Positions 60,096 to 64,000 of a stretch of DNA of 64,000 bases are shown piece by piece. Source of the stretch: Nitrosomonas sp. (GTDB taxonomy: Bacteria; Pseudomonadota; Gammaproteobacteria; Burkholderiales; Nitrosomonadaceae). Below the pieces are notes generated by a model. The model saw only the letters and a program-made list of their open reading frames with translations. It was not told the DNA's origin and searched no databases. The stretch spans positions 2,916-66,915 of the forward strand of contig SSFV01000009.1 of assembly GCA_008015565.1 (NCBI GenBank), given 5' to 3'. Positions within the stretch are counted from its first letter, which is position 1. Each line of letters opens with the position of its first letter. Made by a program: the position numbers and the translations under genes.

Positions 60096-60392
60096 TCAAT
60101 TTTGCAATTCACATAGCAATGTTTCTGGGTGATATCTAGGATGCTGAATAATTATAATTTTCTGCCTGGATTTATCGCCCCGCTTTAATGCAACCCTCGA
60201 ACTGGGTACGCCGAAGCATTCGGCAATAAACTTAATCAGTGCAGAGTTTGCTTTACCTTCTATAGGTGCCGCTGCTAATCTGATTTTAAGAGATTTGCCA
60301 TGCAATCCTGCAATTACGTTATTTTTTGCGCCTGTTTGAACATATATGTTTAGAATAAGATTATTCGCATTGTCATAGTAATACCAATTCAT
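60096..60392 (-). CDS. yggU: DUF167/YggU family protein
   Basis: LKIRLAAAPIEGKANSALIKF, G..SRQK. Confidence 0.9.
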   Translation of the reverse strand: MNWYYYDNANNLILNIYVQTGAKNNVIAGLHGKSLKIRLAAAPIEGKANSALIKFIAECFGVPSSRVALKRGDKSRQKIIIIQHPRYHPETLLCELQN

Positions 60393-60403
60393 ATATTTAA
60401 AAC

Positions 60404-60979
60404 TTACTGCAACATTGCAGCAATTTCCATATGTACTCCGGCTACTATCATGAGCAGCAATTGTATGATGATCAATACAAACAGCGGCGAAAGATCAACG
60501 TTAGCTATGGGGGGAATATATTTGCGGAAAACCCTTAAAAAGGGGCGTGTAAAGCTATCAAGTAGAGGCGCTAATGGGCTATTTGGATTAATCCATGATA
60601 GTACAGCCTGTAAGATGATCATCATCATTACGATATAAAGCGTCGTTTTGATAATCTCAATAATTCCGAGCAATCCCATCACGCCGGATGCGGTACCGAT
60701 ATTGGCACCAAAGTTATAGTCCTGCATCATAAAAACGCTTGTTACAATCACGCATTCCAATAACCATGCCAAAATCAGAGTCGATAGATCAAGCCCGCCC
60801 CAACCGGGAACAAATCGCCGGGTCGGACGTACAATAAAATCAGTAATCGCAATCAGAAACTGGGATATTGGATTGTAATAAGGAACGCGCAATAATTGAA
60901 AATAAAAGCGTAACAACAATGCTAGCGAGAATAAACCCAGGATTGTATCGAGAAGAAAAAGTAGAATCTGATTGGACAT
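60404..60979 (-). CDS. yggT: YggT family membrane protein
   Basis: Two YGGT repeats: NPISQF...TDFIVRP.RR...GGLDLS and LSWINP...TRPFL...IPPIANVDLSP. Confidence 0.92.
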   Translation of the reverse strand: MSNQILLFLLDTILGLFSLALLLRFYFQLLRVPYYNPISQFLIAITDFIVRPTRRFVPGWGGLDLSTLILAWLLECVIVTSVFMMQDYNFGANIGTASGVMGLLGIIEIIKTTLYIVMMMIILQAVLSWINPNSPLAPLLDSFTRPFLRVFRKYIPPIANVDLSPLFVLIIIQLLLMIVAGVHMEIAAMLQ

Positions 60980-61042
60980 AACAATTTTCCAAAAAACTAT
61001 AATTAGTCAAAACCTGCAATTTGTCCATTCGCCATACTGCAA

Positions 61043-61864
61043 TTAAATTTTGCTAAATTCATCACTCATCTGGCGTGAACGTTGGTTTGCCGCATGAATA
61101 GCCGATATAATCTTACACTTAATATCATTTTTTTCCATCATCAGAATTGCTTGCTCGGTTGTGCCGCCTTTCGATGTCACTCTGGCCCGTAAGATTGCCG
61201 CGTCTTCAGCACTTTCGCTAGCCAGCTTACTGGCACCTAGAAACGTTTGCAAACTTAGTTGCCTAGCTTGTTCTGCGGTTAGGCCCAGCTCTACTCCTGC
61301 TTGTTGCATGGATTCAATAAAATAAAAAACATAAGCGGGGCCACTTCCAGAAATCGCAGTTACAGCATGAAGCATTTCCTCACTTTCCAGCCACAATGTC
61401 GAACCTACCGCAGCGAGAATTGATTCGGCATTTATTTTATCCTGTTCGCTGACACATGCCGCAGCAAACAGCCCGGTAACACCTGCGCGCACTAGCGAAG
61501 GTGTGTTGGGCATCGCTCGAACTACTTTTTGATAGCCTTCTAGCCAGCGACTAATATCGACAGTTGATATGCCAGCTGCAATTGAGATTACTAACTGATC
61601 AGCCAGTATTGGCGCAAGCTTCTGAGCCAACTGAAAAAGCTGCTGAGGCTTCACCGATAACACAATGACATCACTCGTTATTGCTTCATTGGTAAGTTCT
61701 GCAAATACAGAAATCCTGAATGCTTGTTTTATTTTTTCACGTTTTTCCGCATTAATTTCTATTGCGCTAAGCTGCCGAGCACTAAAACCTTGCTGTAGCA
61801 ACCCTCCGATTAATGCTGACGCCATATTGCCGCCGCCAATAAATGTTATATTCATAGTATTCAA
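61043..61864 (-). CDS. proC: Pyrroline-5-carboxylate reductase
   Basis: FIGGGNMA, LSVKPQ, SIAAGI, RAMPNTP, SGSGPAY, VTSKGGTT. Confidence 0.97.
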   Translation of the reverse strand: MNTMNITFIGGGNMASALIGGLLQQGFSARQLSAIEINAEKREKIKQAFRISVFAELTNEAITSDVIVLSVKPQQLFQLAQKLAPILADQLVISIAAGISTVDISRWLEGYQKVVRAMPNTPSLVRAGVTGLFAAACVSEQDKINAESILAAVGSTLWLESEEMLHAVTAISGSGPAYVFYFIESMQQAGVELGLTAEQARQLSLQTFLGASKLASESAEDAAILRARVTSKGGTTEQAILMMEKNDIKCKIISAIHAANQRSRQMSDEFSKI

Positions 61865-61924
61865 GCCATAACGTATTATTTGAAATCTTTAAATATCATA
61901 ATCAATTTAGAAACATTATCCTGA

Positions 61925-62755
61925 CTAACGTTGACAATTCGGGCAAAAGAAACTAGATCGCTGATTCTGCTTGAATTGCTTAATCGTATGACTGCACTGC
62001 ATGCAGCGTTGCCCTTCGCGTCCATAAACTGCATAGTGCTGTTGAAAATATCCCGGATTACCATCGCTCTTAACAAAATCTCGCAGACTACTCCCTCCAG
62101 CTTGGATTGCGCGTTGCAGGATTTGTTTAATTGCCTGTACCAACCTTTCATAACGCATAATACCAATTTTACCGGCAGCTATCTTAGGGTTAATACCCGC
62201 CAAGAACAAAGCTTCATTTGCATAAATATTGCCCATACCCGCAACCATCCGGCCATTCAACAATGTCTGTTTGATACTTGCAAGACTATTTCTCGTTTTT
62301 TTCCAAAACCATTGCGCATTAAAATCGGCTGTCAACGGCTCCGGCCCTAAATTTGTAAGCAGTGGATGCTGAAAAACATTGCCCGGGTGCCATAATACAG
62401 CTCCAAAACGGCGGGGGTCTCGCAATCTTAAAATGGTTCGATCCATTAAGATCAAATCGAAATGATCATGCTTTCCCGGTGATTCAGAAACGCCGCCGGA
62501 TCCTCTCGGTTGTATTATTAAACTCCCCGACATACCCAAATGAAAAATCAGTGTGCCCCCATTACAATCAATTAATAAATACTTGGCTCGTCTGGCTACA
62601 TTCTGGATTGTCAAACCTGATAATGTTTCCGGTAAATTATCGGGTATGGGCCAACGTAGGCTGGAATTACGGATAATTGCACCGGCGATTGTTTTTCCTT
62701 CAAGATAAGGCGCTATCCCTCGCCGTGTTGTCTCGACTTCTGGCAGTTCAGGCAT
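61925..62755 (-). CDS. mutM: Formamidopyrimidine-DNA glycosylase
   Basis: [43 protein letters not shown]-terminal zinc finger CMQC...CPNCQ. Confidence 0.98.
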   Translation of the reverse strand: MPELPEVETTRRGIAPYLEGKTIAGAIIRNSSLRWPIPDNLPETLSGLTIQNVARRAKYLLIDCNGGTLIFHLGMSGSLIIQPRGSGGVSESPGKHDHFDLILMDRTILRLRDPRRFGAVLWHPGNVFQHPLLTNLGPEPLTADFNAQWFWKKTRNSLASIKQTLLNGRMVAGMGNIYANEALFLAGINPKIAAGKIGIMRYERLVQAIKQILQRAIQAGGSSLRDFVKSDGNPGYFQQHYAVYGREGQRCMQCSHTIKQFKQNQRSSFFCPNCQR

Positions 62756-63615
62756 TATTGGGCAGATTTGCTTGCAGCTGGAGCCAGCAATCGCTCGCCC
62801 GTACCCTTAGCAAAATGATAGTGTATTCCGGTATCGGCACGAAATAATACTATTTCATTATCATTTTGCATGATTTTTACATTGATTCCTTGTCCGTTTT
62901 GCAGACTGATTGTCAAATTATTGATCTCGGCAAAATCATCACTTAGCTCCTGTTCTTGTGCGATGGTCACTTCTCTCGCATTTGCTGTCCGCCAGAATTG
63001 AACCCAATGCTCCAATTCTGCATCTCGCAGATTTTCGCCATTCTGGATAATACCGTTCCAGCTTCCATTACTATGCGCTACGATCAGATGATTAAATTCG
63101 AACTTAACTGGAATTTCATTATCCGCCAGTAACTGTGTGCTGATCAGACTGCCGGCCTTTATTGGCAGAAAAAGCGCGTAATGTGGTGAAATTAAATAAA
63201 CATAATCCCTTGTCAGTACATATTGTTGATTGGTAATAGGCGCATACCCGCCAAAACCCAAATAGTCTTCATCAAAATATAAATGCAGATTGGGCCGGTC
63301 CAAACCAAACCGCGCAAGGTCTTGCAGCGGGAATCGGTGATTACTTTTAGCCGATAAAATTTTTAGAATCTCTTTAACTTTTTTTTCGTTAGCACGAGTA
63401 CGCACGGGACCGATTAGATGCCAATGATTGGCTTGCCGTTGCAATACAATCTCCCCCTGTTGCCTGACAATACGGATAGTCTGTATAGCTTCAATTGAAT
63501 TCGATGTAATGGGATATTCCTGAATATTGTCAGGTTGTGGCTTGAAATACAAAAACATTAGCAAGCCGGCTATCGTGACAAGCATAATGAGATTGAGACG
63601 GGCGTGATGTGTCAT
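62755..63615 (-). CDS. DUF4340-like exported protein
   Basis: N-terminal TM anchor, W.LIGPV..RAN, L.RFGLD.P; follows a GldG-like gene; stop overlaps the mutM start (TAATG). Confidence 0.65.
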   Translation of the reverse strand: MTHHARLNLIMLVTIAGLLMFLYFKPQPDNIQEYPITSNSIEAIQTIRIVRQQGEIVLQRQANHWHLIGPVRTRANEKKVKEILKILSAKSNHRFPLQDLARFGLDRPNLHLYFDEDYLGFGGYAPITNQQYVLTRDYVYLISPHYALFLPIKAGSLISTQLLADNEIPVKFEFNHLIVAHSNGSWNGIIQNGENLRDAELEHWVQFWRTANAREVTIAQEQELSDDFAEINNLTISLQNGQGINVKIMQNDNEIVLFRADTGIHYHFAKGTGERLLAPAASKSAQ

Positions 63616-63622
63616 GATTTTC

Positions 63623-64000
63623 TTATATTTTTCTTCTGCGAAGCCACCAAATGGCCAGACCGCTCACCAAAAACAGCATCGGTAATAAAATGAGAAAAAT
63701 CACAACCATCAAAGTCAATTCAAATTCGCTGAATATCAAGCTACTGTCGAGCGTCGCGCGGGGTTGAATCACGATCAGCTCTTCGTCTCCTGTCAACCAA
63801 TTGATTAAATTAATACCAAAATCCAAATTACTGCCATTACCCAGATAGGAATTTGCCAGAAAGTGACCATTCCCAACAACCACAATGCGTTGCTCACGAT
63901 CTTCAATATTGCGCGTCAGTGCCGCAGCGATACCAATCGGGCCTGCCACATCAACCGCCTGATCATAAATGATTTCACCATCAAGTTCTCCATTTTCCAC
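63623..64000 (-). CDS. GldG / ABC-type uncharacterised transport auxiliary protein, C-terminal part (truncated by window edge)
   Basis: GP..IAAA, RIVVVGNGHF..N, N.DFGINLINWL, IQPR, C-terminal TM ending WWLRRRKI. Confidence 0.78.
   Translation of the reverse strand: MENGELDGEIIYDQAVDVAGPIGIAAALTRNIEDREQRIVVVGNGHFLANSYLGNGSNLDFGINLINWLTGDEELIVIQPRATLDSSLIFSEFELTLMVVIFLILLPMLFLVSGLAIWWLRRRKI

Noticed and set aside
1-64000. CRISPR array, transposase, prophage, rRNA, stop-codon recoding or programmed frameshift
   Set aside because: I found no regularly spaced repeats, mobile-element or phage proteins, or rRNA-like sequence. All recognised genes are full length in single frames under the standard code.

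Overview
A 64-kb chromosomal segment from a betaproteobacterium, most likely an ammonia-oxidising Nitrosomonas. That assignment is inferred from a cytochrome c552-like gene and overall gene content, not from a database search. About 59 CDSs and two tRNAs (Gly-GCC, Cys-GCA) are supported. I saw no transposase, integrase, prophage or CRISPR array. The housekeeping blocks are lgt/ilvD, nnr/purL, ppsA-ppsR, two-subunit pyruvate carboxylase, dut-coaBC-radC-rpmB-rpmG and mutM-proC-yggT-yggU-sixA. The accessory blocks are a sulfide/persulfide detoxification cluster (PDO, YeeE pair, BigR, DUF442-SQR, TauE), two FG-GAP surface-protein genes, a glycerophosphodiester catabolism operon, a di-haem protein, a ChaN-PDZ/M1 peptidase pair and an ECF sigma/anti-sigma/subtilase module. 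The best candidate for an undescribed system is at 22.0-27.2 kb. Two paralogous BBP2-type porins, each with a vicinal Cys-Cys, are interleaved with three paralogous His-containing exported helical proteins. All three of those genes carry the same ungapped 45-bp upstream element at nearly fixed spacing. Two other strong leads are an intact LpxK paralog whose catalytic motifs are almost all replaced, and a twin ECF-type promoter motif pointing at an unannotated small ORF. All family assignments come from motif recognition by eye and need HMM/BLAST confirmation. Several start codons were moved downstream of the ORF-track starts.
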